A program made the position numbers and the translations under genes. A stretch of 32,000 nt of DNA. Source: Mycolicibacterium smegmatis. GTDB taxonomy: Bacteria; Actinomycetota; Actinomycetes; Mycobacteriales; Mycobacteriaceae. The notes beneath the pieces are model-generated. The model had not been told where the DNA came from and ran no database searches. It saw only the letters and a program-made list of their open reading frames with translations. Shown piece by piece: positions 19,068 through 27,288 of the stretch (positions within the stretch are counted from its first letter, which is position 1; each line of letters starts with the position of its first letter). The DNA lies in contig NZ_LN831039.1 of the NCBI RefSeq assembly GCF_001457595.1, positions 6,000,001 through 6,032,000 on the forward strand, read 5' to 3'.

Positions 19068-19616
19068 GTGTCGATCACACAGCCGAACCGATCGCTGGCC
19101 GCGCGGCGTGGCAGGTCCTACGACAAGGGCCGTGGCCTCTGCGCGCAGATCCTCTGGGTCGCAGCGTCGAACCTCGTCTTCACGCAGGTGTGGTGCCCGA
19201 GCCGGCTTCGGTGCGCCATGTTGCGCTGGTTCGGCGCCCAGATCGGAGAGAACGTGTTGATCCGGCATAGGGTCACGGTCCAGTGGCCGTGGAAACTCAC
19301 CATCGGAGACAACTCCTGGATCGGTGTCGGCAGTGAGCTGTACAACCTCGACCAGATAGTCATCGGATCCGACGTCTGCATCTCGCAACATGTCTTCCTG
19401 TGCACCGGCAGTCACGACCGCAGGTCTCCGACCTTCGAATTCGACAATGGGCCGATCACGATCGAAGACGGTGCGTGGGTGTGCGCACGCAGCACCGTTC
19501 TACGCGGAGTTCGTATCGGCGCGAACTCCGTCGTCGGCGCCATGTCGCTCATTCAGCGCGATGTGCCTGCGGACTCGCTGGTCCAGGCCTCACAACCGAC
19601 CGTCAGCCGGATGTGA
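19068..19616 (+). CDS. WcaF-like left-handed beta-helix acetyltransferase
   Basis: GTG start preceded by GGAGG; WPWKLTIGDNSWIGVGSELYNLDQIVIGSDVCISQHVFLCTGSHDRRSPTFEF...GAWVCARSTVLRGVRIGANSVVGAMSLI. Confidence 0.85.
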   Translation: MSITQPNRSLAARRGRSYDKGRGLCAQILWVAASNLVFTQVWCPSRLRCAMLRWFGAQIGENVLIRHRVTVQWPWKLTIGDNSWIGVGSELYNLDQIVIGSDVCISQHVFLCTGSHDRRSPTFEFDNGPITIEDGAWVCARSTVLRGVRIGANSVVGAMSLIQRDVPADSLVQASQPTVSRM

Positions 19617-19620
19617 CGAC

Positions 19621-20745
19621 ATGCGCATCCTGCAGGTGGTGACATTGTTCAGTCCGGACGGTCTGTACGGCGGACCCACCCGCGTGGCACTCAACCAGAG
19701 CGCCGAACTGGCCGGCCGCGGGCACGAGGTGACGATCGCGGGGGCGGCACGTGGTTACGAGGCATTACCGAGCGAGCTGAACGGAGTGCCGGTCAAACTG
19801 TTTGCTGCCACAAACATATTGCGCCGATCAGGGTTTGCCTGGACCTACGCCCCAGGTCTCACGAGCTGGCTGCGTCGCAACTGGCGCGAATTCGACACCG
19901 TACATGTTCACTTGGCGCGCGACCTCGTCACCATGCCGGTGGCCGCAGTGGTGCGTCGGCGCGGAATCCCGTATGTGCTACAGACACACGGCATGGTCGT
20001 GCCGACGAACCATTCACTTGCCACACCGCTGGATCGGATGTGGACCCACGACATTCTCCGTCACGCGCGTGCAGTGTTCTTCCTCGACTCGGTGGAACGG
20101 GAACAGCTCATCGCTGTCGCCGGGCCTGATCTGCGGCTCGTAGAACTGGGCAACGGCGTACCTGAGTACCCCACCGCCCACTCGGGCCGAACTTTGGGGC
20201 GAGCACCGGAGGTGCTTTTCGCAGCGCGCATGCATGCGAGGAAACGACCCGTGGTATTCATTGAGATGGCAAGGGAATTGCTTGCATCCGGCATGGACGC
20301 CCGATTCACCTTGGTGGGGCCGGACGAAGGTGAGGGCCCGGCCATTCGGGCAGCACTCGGTGGAGATCCGCGGATCACCTGGGAGGGTGCGCTGAGCCCC
20401 GAAGCCATCCCGGCACGGATGGCCGAAGCAGATGTCTACGTGCTCCCATCCGTTCGAGAACCGTTCCCGATGTCGGTACTGGAGGCGATGTCGGTCGGCC
20501 TGCCTGTTGTCGTGACCGACGACTGCGGCCTGGCACCGATCATCGAGCAGTGTGGTTGTGGTGCCGTCACCGACCCGTCGGTGTCCGGTCTGGCGGCGGC
20601 CGTCGGCGCGATCCTCCGCGATCGCGCGCATACCAAGTCGATCGGCGAACGCGGCAGAGAAACCGTGGTCGAACGCTTCGGCATGCGACCAGTCGGGGAT
20701 CGCCTCGTGAGCACGTACTCCGACGCCCTGGTAGGTGCGCCATGA
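19621..20745 (+). CDS. GT4-type glycosyltransferase
   Basis: MRILQVVTLFSPDGLYGGPTRVALNQSAELAGRGHEVTIAG...LGNGVPEYP...FVLPSVREPFPMSVLEAMSVGLPVVVTDDCG-like GT-B C-terminal signature (VYVLPSVREPFPMSVLEAMSVGLPVV). Confidence 0.9.
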   Translation: MRILQVVTLFSPDGLYGGPTRVALNQSAELAGRGHEVTIAGAARGYEALPSELNGVPVKLFAATNILRRSGFAWTYAPGLTSWLRRNWREFDTVHVHLARDLVTMPVAAVVRRRGIPYVLQTHGMVVPTNHSLATPLDRMWTHDILRHARAVFFLDSVEREQLIAVAGPDLRLVELGNGVPEYPTAHSGRTLGRAPEVLFAARMHARKRPVVFIEMARELLASGMDARFTLVGPDEGEGPAIRAALGGDPRITWEGALSPEAIPARMAEADVYVLPSVREPFPMSVLEAMSVGLPVVVTDDCGLAPIIEQCGCGAVTDPSVSGLAAAVGAILRDRAHTKSIGERGRETVVERFGMRPVGDRLVSTYSDALVGAP

Positions 20746-21401
20746 AGAAAAACGAGACGGTTCACCAGCGGATCCGGTGGGTCATCGGCCTCTTCCTCGG
20801 CCTGCAGCTGGTTCTCGCGTCCACACTCGCCTGGACACCGGCCACAGCCGGCGTGCCGCCGGTGACCATCGCCGTGATCGGTGATCAGAACACGGCCGGC
20901 ATCAAGAACCGGGTCGTCTGGCCGACGCTGATGGCTGCGAGAAACGGTTGGTCGGTGTCCAATTACGCACTCCCCGAATCGGGTTTCGCGGCAGACGGAA
21001 TGGGTGGCCAGGCCTTCAGGTATCAGGTGGAACGTGCGCAGGCGCAGCACCCGCGCGTGATCCTGCTGATGACCGGCACTGCCGACGCCTCCGTGCCGGA
21101 GATGACTGCGGTCACCGTCGGAGCGGTCGAGGCGATCAACAAGGTCATCCGGGGTGGTCAACAGGTGGCCGTGGTCGGTCCGTTCTGGTACGAAACACCC
21201 GTTCCCGAGTCAGTTCGTCGGGTTGACGACGCCGTTCGGAAAGCCGCCGCGCAGACCGGGGTGCCGTATTTCGATGCCCTTGACCCGCCCCTGTTCACCA
21301 GGGCTCAGATGCACCCTGACCGCACTGGCCCGAGCGATGAAGGACAGTCGATTGCCGCGGACAAGATCGCGACATGGCTCCGAACGCAGGTCCTGAAATG
21401 A
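20742..21401 (+). CDS. SGNH-hydrolase-like secreted/anchored protein with degenerate catalytic blocks
   Basis: N-terminal TM, then VTIAVIGDQNTAG (block I Ser replaced by Gln), LLMTGTAD at block III, MHPDRTGPSDEG near block V. Overlaps both neighbours by 4 nt. Confidence 0.65.
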   Translation: MKKNETVHQRIRWVIGLFLGLQLVLASTLAWTPATAGVPPVTIAVIGDQNTAGIKNRVVWPTLMAARNGWSVSNYALPESGFAADGMGGQAFRYQVERAQAQHPRVILLMTGTADASVPEMTAVTVGAVEAINKVIRGGQQVAVVGPFWYETPVPESVRRVDDAVRKAAAQTGVPYFDALDPPLFTRAQMHPDRTGPSDEGQSIAADKIATWLRTQVLK

Positions 21402-22150
21402 ACAGCACTCGCTGGCTGGACCTCGGCGCAATCACCCTCGCGGCCGCGATCGCGCTCGGCATCGCCGGAATCTCCCGCCCTGAGGTCGTGACAACGCCTT
21501 ACTCGACGTCGTCCTCTGTCCGCGAAGACCACGCACCGCCCGACACACGACCGCTCGCATTGTTCATCGGTGATTCGTACACCGCGGGTGAAAGCTCTGC
21601 CGAGTTGTCTTATGCATGCCGGGCGGCGCTTCGGATGGGCTGGCTGTGCGCGCTGTCGGCGGTCGGCGGGACGGGTTACATCAGCGGCGGCCCGGCGAAT
21701 CGCTGGGACGATCCGTACACCGGCAAGTCGTTGTCGTTCATCGAACGTATCCCCGGGCTGTCCGCCAAGTACGACCCCGACCTGGTGGTGCTCGACGGAG
21801 GACGAAACGACGATTTCGCCCCACGCACATATGCGTTCGAGGAAACGGTCTCGACACTCGGTGAGGTGCGCCGGGCATGGCCGCGGGCTCAGATCGTCTT
21901 CGTCCGGCCCCGTTTCCTGGACGACCCCACTGACGATTTGGGTATGACCGACGAGTTCATGGCACGCCTGAAGGCGACGCCCGACGCCAAAGGGGTGATC
22001 TTCATCGATCCGCTCAGCACGTTGTCCGGCACAGATACGTCAGATCTGCTCGCATCGGACAAGATTCACCCCAACGCCGAAGGAGAAAAGCGGATTCTCG
22101 CGGCTCTGATCGAAGCACTTCAGACGCGAAACGTCAGGCCACCGTCGTGA
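21398..22150 (+). CDS. SGNH/GDSL-type hydrolase or esterase, N-terminally anchored
   Basis: TM anchor, then LALFIGDSYTAG (block I), LVVLDGGRNDD (block III), SDKIHPNAEG (DxxH block V). 250 aa. Confidence 0.82.
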   Translation: MNSTRWLDLGAITLAAAIALGIAGISRPEVVTTPYSTSSSVREDHAPPDTRPLALFIGDSYTAGESSAELSYACRAALRMGWLCALSAVGGTGYISGGPANRWDDPYTGKSLSFIERIPGLSAKYDPDLVVLDGGRNDDFAPRTYAFEETVSTLGEVRRAWPRAQIVFVRPRFLDDPTDDLGMTDEFMARLKATPDAKGVIFIDPLSTLSGTDTSDLLASDKIHPNAEGEKRILAALIEALQTRNVRPPS

Positions 22151-22797
22151 ACCCCGTGCTCGTGACCTATCTGCGCCTCCTCCGAATTCGGTGGCGGTGG
22201 CTCGTGTGGGGCGTCTTGCTTGCACTCGCGGTTGCGACGGTCGTGTTGATCCTTCAACCACCCATGTACCAGTCAAAGGCGACAGTGCTGGTCCGGACGC
22301 CTGGCGACGTCAGCCGCGTCGTCGACGGCGGCGATACTTATGCTCGATCACGCGCCGCGACCTACGCGCAGCTGGCGAAAAGCTCGACTGTGGCCGAACG
22401 CGTGATCGCCGATCTCCACCTCGACATCGCACCGGCCACCCTGTCCTCGCGAATCAACGCGGAGAACGTCCCTGGGACCGCGCTCATCACCGTAACGGCA
22501 AGCGCGCCTTCTGCAGGGCAAGCACAGCAGACGGCCACTATGTTCCTCTCTGGATACGGAGCCACGGTACGCATGTTGGAGTCGGTTCCCGGATCGCTGG
22601 TTCCGCGTGCCGAACTCGTTGTCGTCGACCCGCCCGGGATGCCCAGCCGGATGGTCGCGTCGGGTGTGCCGCTTCCACTCCTCCTCTTCGGGGTCGCGCT
22701 CACAGGCCTGGTAGCAGCTGCCACCATCGTGGCGGTTCGGTCGGCACTGCACCCCTACGCGGAAACGGAAACCGAACCTTCGGGGGTGAAGGGTTGA
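22147..22797 (+). CDS. Wzz-like chain-length determinant protein
   Basis: LRLLRIRWRWLVWGVLLALAVATVVLILQPPMYQSKATVLVRTPG...YAQLAKSSTVAERVIADLHLDI; C-terminal TM. GTG start overlapping the upstream stop. Confidence 0.8.
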   Translation: MNPVLVTYLRLLRIRWRWLVWGVLLALAVATVVLILQPPMYQSKATVLVRTPGDVSRVVDGGDTYARSRAATYAQLAKSSTVAERVIADLHLDIAPATLSSRINAENVPGTALITVTASAPSAGQAQQTATMFLSGYGATVRMLESVPGSLVPRAELVVVDPPGMPSRMVASGVPLPLLLFGVALTGLVAAATIVAVRSALHPYAETETEPSGVKG

Positions 22798-23459
22798 ACC
22801 TGAAATCTTTTGTCGCTGCGGCACAGCGGTTCTGGTCGACGTATCTGCTCGTCGCCGGGTTGGTTCTCATCGTCGGCGCAGCCGCGATAATGATGCTGCC
22901 CGTCACATACGTCTCATCGGCGCGATTGATGGTGTCGATCGAGGGATCGACGACTGCGGCGGCGTACCAGAACGAAGAGGTTGCTATCCGGCGCATCCGC
23001 ACGTACATCCCGCTGCTGAAAAGCGATGTGGTGACCCAGCGCGTCATCGACAAACTCGGTTTACCCATGACAGCAAAGCAACTCGCCGAAGAATTGTCCG
23101 CCACCAACGTTCCACCCAAGACCTCACTCATCGACATCAGGATCTCCGACTCGTCACCGCAACGTGCGGAACTGATCGCGAACACCGTCGCGCGGGAGTT
23201 CGTCGCGTACACGGCCGCGATCGAGACGGCGACCGGCGAGGACGATCAGAAGGTTCAGACGACGATGGTCAGCGACGCGACGCCGGCGCGCAGGGACCCG
23301 GTCGAGCGAGCCTTGCTCTATCTGTTGGCAGCACTCGCAGCCCTCCTGCTCGGCGGAGCGGCGGTGTGGCTTCGCGCATCTCGTGAGCAACTCGATGCCG
23401 ACTCGGACGACCCTGTCGGCCGCGCACCGAAAGCCGCTCAAACAGTGGAAGGCAGCTGA
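22794..23459 (+). CDS. Second Wzz-like chain-length determinant protein
   Basis: LNLKSFVAAAQRFWSTYLLVAGLVLIVGAAAIMMLPVTYVSSARLMVSI...TYIPLLKSDVVTQRVIDKLGLPMTAKQLAEELSATNVPPKTSLIDIRI; C-terminal TM. TTG start at 22794 inferred from a TTGA overlap. Confidence 0.75.
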   Translation: MNLKSFVAAAQRFWSTYLLVAGLVLIVGAAAIMMLPVTYVSSARLMVSIEGSTTAAAYQNEEVAIRRIRTYIPLLKSDVVTQRVIDKLGLPMTAKQLAEELSATNVPPKTSLIDIRISDSSPQRAELIANTVAREFVAYTAAIETATGEDDQKVQTTMVSDATPARRDPVERALLYLLAALAALLLGGAAVWLRASREQLDADSDDPVGRAPKAAQTVEGS

Positions 23460-23470
23460 AAGCGGCGTCG

Positions 23471-24457
23471 TCAGGAGTTCCGTGCAATACACTGTTGCTC
23501 GCGGAGCCATTCGACGGTAGTTGCGATACCGTCACGCAGATCCACGCGAGCCTGCCACCCCAGCAGCATGCGCGCCTTCTCGACCGACGGCCATCGCCGC
23601 TGGACGTCGACCTCGAAGGTCGGCACGTTCTCCAGTGCGAAATCCTCTGGATCCAGCCCACACGCCGTCCAGATCATCTGTGCGATCTCGGCGATTGTGT
23701 GTTCCTCTGAGGCGGAGATGTTGAAATCCTGGTTCTCGCCCGCCGGATGGAACATCGCCGTGACGATGCCGTCCGCAATGTCGTCGACATGTGTGAGCGT
23801 ACGGGTCTGCGTACCGGAGCCGAAGATCTGCAATGGGTGCTGACCCGAGAGCGCCTTTCTGATCAAGTCGGGGACGGCATGCGCGATTCCTGGCTCCGTG
23901 TCGGGCAGTTCGCCGGGCCCGTATGCATTGAACGGCCGGCAGATGGTGAACGGCAGGCCGTGTTCCTCATGCACGGCGCGGCAGTAGATCTCACCGGTCA
24001 GCTTCGAGAAGCCGTACGCCGATCGTGGTGGGCGACAATCCAGCAGGTGTTCTTCCGTGGTCGGAAACTGCGTCGCCTGCTCGAACACCATCGACGAGGA
24101 CACATAGACGAGTCTTTCGACTCCTTCACGAAGTGCCGCGCTGAACACCGAGTTGTACAGGCCGGTATTCATCTCGAGGAGCGTGTGCGGAAGCCTGTGG
24201 AAGTTGGCGATGCCGCCTACGATCGCTGCGAGATGGATGACGTGGGTACATCCATCGACAGCCGCCCGCGCCTCGTCGGCGGAACGCAGATCCCCGGTGC
24301 GTATCTCACACGCCTCGTTCATCCACTGCGGTGCCGGCCGTTGATCGCACACTCGGATCTCGTAAGCGCTCTCATGCAGCAATCGCCGAACTACCGCGCT
24401 GCCGATCGTCCCTACGCCACCGGTGACGAGTATCCGGCTCACTTGGCGCCAGCGCAC
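23471..24457 (-). CDS. NAD-dependent epimerase/dehydratase (extended SDR)
   Basis: ILVTGGVGTIGSAVVRRLL, HLAAIVGGIANFHRLPHTLLEMNT, VYVSSSMVFE, YGFSK catalytic motif, CRPFNAYGPGE. Confidence 0.87.
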   Translation of the reverse strand: MRWRQVSRILVTGGVGTIGSAVVRRLLHESAYEIRVCDQRPAPQWMNEACEIRTGDLRSADEARAAVDGCTHVIHLAAIVGGIANFHRLPHTLLEMNTGLYNSVFSAALREGVERLVYVSSSMVFEQATQFPTTEEHLLDCRPPRSAYGFSKLTGEIYCRAVHEEHGLPFTICRPFNAYGPGELPDTEPGIAHAVPDLIRKALSGQHPLQIFGSGTQTRTLTHVDDIADGIVTAMFHPAGENQDFNISASEEHTIAEIAQMIWTACGLDPEDFALENVPTFEVDVQRRWPSVEKARMLLGWQARVDLRDGIATTVEWLREQQCIARNS

Positions 24458-24665
24458 ATGCGCGCAGAGCCCAAATCGGCTCTCCCAGTACCGCAGCCAT
24501 CGTCAAGAATATGCTCACACACACATCGACCGATGCTCACCCGCATGGCCACCTTCCCCCTAGGGGCTCAACCCCCGCAACCAGTCGGACCCAATGTTAC
24601 GCGCAATGATGGCTGCCGGCGCCCGCATTGACGTACTCGAAACCACACCAGGAGCACCGAGATCA

Positions 24666-26078
24666 TCACCAACTGATGCCGATGTAGCGAGGATCGTCCT
24701 GGTAGTCCACCGACCCCGGAAACCGCACCAGGTCGACCACGATGCGCCCGTCGACGCGCCTCAGAGCAGCGATCGACTCTGGATCCGCTGCGCCGACAAC
24801 GCACACCTCGGCATGGTTGACGACTTCGTCGGGCGAGTCCGAAACACACTGTGAAAGACACGGAATTCGCGCTTCGGCGAAGGCTCGATTGGCACCGAGC
24901 AGCCGTGACGCGGAGACTTGTGGGTCGTAGATCTGCAAGTCGAAGCCGCGTCCGACAAGGCGTTCCGCCAGTGCCACCAAGGGGCTTTCCCGCAAGTCAT
25001 CGGTACCCGATTTGAAGGCGAGGCCGAGCAGACCGACGCGACGCTTGCCGGTCGCCTCGATGACATTGAACGCACGATCGATCTGGCCGTTGTTGGAAAT
25101 GCAGACACTCTCCAAGATCGGCAGGGGGACGTCGGAGGTCCGTGCACGATGGATGAGTGCGCGGAGATCCTTGGGCAGGCACGAGCCGCCGAATGCGAAG
25201 CCCGGCCGCAGGTAGGCCCTCGAGATGTTGAGCTTTGTATCGGCCACGAAGATGTCCATGACGGCATGACTGTCAAGGCCCATGGCCTTGCAGACTGCTC
25301 CGATCTCGTTGGCGAAACCCGTTTTGAGTGCGTGAAATCCGTTGTCCGCATACTTCACCATCTCGGCGACGGCGAGTGGCACGCGAAAAACAGGAGCTGA
25401 CATTCCCTCATACAGTTGGGCAACCACGTCTCCGCTGACGGCGTCGAACTGGCCGATGACGATCTTCGGTGGCTCGAAGAAGTCCCGGATCGAACTTCCC
25501 TCACGTAAGAATTCAGGATTGACCGCCACCCCGAAATCCTCGCCGGCCCGCAGTCCCGATGCGGCCTGCAGGCGCGGAAGAACGATCTGCTCACATGTCC
25601 AAGGCAGAACCGTCGACCGTATTACAACGGTGTAGCGTCCTGCACGGCCCGCGAGTGCAGCACCTATGTCTTCACTTACCCGCTCGAGATACGTCGTGAG
25701 GAGGCTCCCGTTCGCGGCCGAGGGCGTTCCGACGCATACCAGCGCGATATCTGTATTCGCCACAGCATCAGCGGGATTCGTGGTCGCGCTGAGCCGGCCG
25801 GCGGCGACCTCGCCGAAGATGAGTTCGCCGAGGCCGCCTTCTACCACCGGGCTCTGACCGCGGTTGATCATGTCGACCTTCTCGCGCCTGACATCGACGC
25901 CGATGACCGAATGACCGCGGCTGGCAAGACAAGCCGCAGTAACGCTGCCTACATAACCAAGACCGAAAACCGCGACGCGTCGCACCGCTCGGCCAGAGGG
26001 CGCGCAGGATTCTGCGACACCCTTGAATTCCCGGGCGGCGAGTGAATCACCACCCTGTGAGTTATCAATTCTCGGCAT
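24666..26078 (-). CDS. Nucleotide-sugar 6-dehydrogenase, most AlgD (GDP-mannose 6-dehydrogenase)-like
   Basis: VAVFGLGYVGSVTAACLASRGHSVIGVDVRREKVDMINRGQSPVVEGGL, DFGVAVNPEFLREGSSIRDFFEPPKIVIG, LNISRAYLRPGFAFGGSCLPKDLRAL (catalytic Cys), LLGLAFKSGTDDLRESPLVALAERL. Track start 26156 is also possible. Confidence 0.85.
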   Translation of the reverse strand: MPRIDNSQGGDSLAAREFKGVAESCAPSGRAVRRVAVFGLGYVGSVTAACLASRGHSVIGVDVRREKVDMINRGQSPVVEGGLGELIFGEVAAGRLSATTNPADAVANTDIALVCVGTPSAANGSLLTTYLERVSEDIGAALAGRAGRYTVVIRSTVLPWTCEQIVLPRLQAASGLRAGEDFGVAVNPEFLREGSSIRDFFEPPKIVIGQFDAVSGDVVAQLYEGMSAPVFRVPLAVAEMVKYADNGFHALKTGFANEIGAVCKAMGLDSHAVMDIFVADTKLNISRAYLRPGFAFGGSCLPKDLRALIHRARTSDVPLPILESVCISNNGQIDRAFNVIEATGKRRVGLLGLAFKSGTDDLRESPLVALAERLVGRGFDLQIYDPQVSASRLLGANRAFAEARIPCLSQCVSDSPDEVVNHAEVCVVGAADPESIAALRRVDGRIVVDLVRFPGSVDYQDDPRYIGISW

Positions 26079-26306
26079 CGACTGCCCTTCCCGCGCCGCA
26101 AGCCCTTGGGCCAGCATTCTGCCAGTCGAGATCGCAATGCTAACACCCTTTGCCAAGATGGGACCACATGACAGAACAAGTCACCTGAAGATCCAAGACA
26201 ATGAGTCGAGAGGATCCGATCGTCTTCCCTTTCCCTACCTTCATGACGGCTTCCACCTGGGCTTTTGTCAACGCCAGGAAGCTGTCGAACCCACGCTACT
26301 GGGGGG

Positions 26307-26335
26307 TATTTGATTAGTTCATTACATTTCAAATA
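26307..26335. repeat. Inverted repeat TATTTGA - N15 - TCAAATA in an AT-richer intergenic region
   Basis: Perfect 7-bp arms at 26307-26313 and 26329-26335, within the divergent gap between the AlgD-like gene and the 26547 Wzz-like gene. Confidence 0.4.
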
Positions 26336-26546
26336 GCTGCGTACACCGGTTGCTCACAGTGGCACCTACTTCAACCCTCGGTACAAACCGGCTATCCCCC
26401 TGGCAAATGGTCGACTGGGGCCAGATGAGGCAAAAGTGGATTAACTCCGCAAATCCCGAATCCATATCGAAAAGCGCGCCCGGTGGGTAGCCTGAGCACA
26501 GCCAAATCCCCGGACTCCCATTGATTCCATTACGAAGGGACATGAC

Positions 26547-27287
26547 GTGGACCTGTTTGATGTAGTGCGGTCGTGCTTCCGCCGCTGGTACGTCTTTGTT
26601 CCGCTGTTGGCGATCGTGACCTGGCTCAGCTACTCGACATACAACTCGGTGCAACCGGTTTACTACTCGAACGCCGTCATCGGCCTTGCCGCCCCGAGCT
26701 CGCGGATCGACAACGCGGTGCAGGGGGTTCCCGTGCCACGCAACGGGCTTCTGGATGTTGGCGGCGCATCGCTGATCGCCAACATGACGGCTCTGGGCCT
26801 CAAGGAGCCGGCGGTGGTCGACAAGGTGGTCGCGTCGGGCGGGATACCGGATTACGACGCAAGGATGTTCCCGAGCCCGGCGAACATGCAGCAGTTGCCG
26901 CTCGTGATGATCGAGGCGACGGATGCCGACGAGGAAGCTGTGTCCATCACGATGCAACTCGTCACCGCTCAGGCCGAAGAAACACTGCGAAACTTACAGC
27001 AGCAGGCGCAGGTCCCTGACGCACAGATGGTCCGCCCCTTCATGGTGTCACCTCCGAGTACCCCAGCCGCCGGAATGCCGGCCCGCACCCGCTCGACAAT
27101 CGCGATTTTCGTCGCGGGGTTCGGCATCACGGTCGTCGTCACTGTGCTTTTCGATGTGGTGGCCAGCCGGATCGGTCGACGGCGCAAGGCATCTCATGGG
27201 CCCGAACCGATCAGGGCGGATCACGCGTCCGATACCCCGTCGACAAACGGACAGCCGATCAGAAGCACAGAAGTGAATCAGACCTGA
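26547..27287 (+). CDS. Third Wzz-like/chain-length-type membrane protein
   Basis: MDLFDVVRSCFRRWYVFVPLLAIVTWLSYSTYNSVQPVYYSNAVIGLAAPSS...; C-terminal TM STIAIFVAGFGITVVVTVLFDVVASRI. 246 aa. Confidence 0.68.
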   Translation: MDLFDVVRSCFRRWYVFVPLLAIVTWLSYSTYNSVQPVYYSNAVIGLAAPSSRIDNAVQGVPVPRNGLLDVGGASLIANMTALGLKEPAVVDKVVASGGIPDYDARMFPSPANMQQLPLVMIEATDADEEAVSITMQLVTAQAEETLRNLQQQAQVPDAQMVRPFMVSPPSTPAAGMPARTRSTIAIFVAGFGITVVVTVLFDVVASRIGRRRKASHGPEPIRADHASDTPSTNGQPIRSTEVNQT

Positions 27288-27288
27288 T

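Noticed and set aside
18885-19415. N-terminal extension of the Wzy-like ORF to 19415
   Set aside because: It overlaps the confident WcaF-like gene on the opposite strand and lacks hydrophobic or domain character.
22191-22793. Upstream part of track ORF 22191..23459
   Set aside because: Off-frame read through the first Wzz-like gene. The TTG at 22794 overlapping the upstream TGA is the better start, though it needs experimental confirmation.
24511-24560. Short CACACACA run and CCCCTAGGGG palindrome downstream of the AlgD-like gene
   Set aside because: Too short to be a convincing repeat array, terminator or operator.
26341-26546. Possible riboswitch (c-di-AMP or c-di-GMP class) in the leader of the 26547 operon
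   Set aside because: I could not align the leader with any known riboswitch core by eye. Only short weak stems were seen, so no class is claimed; an Infernal/Rfam scan would decide.
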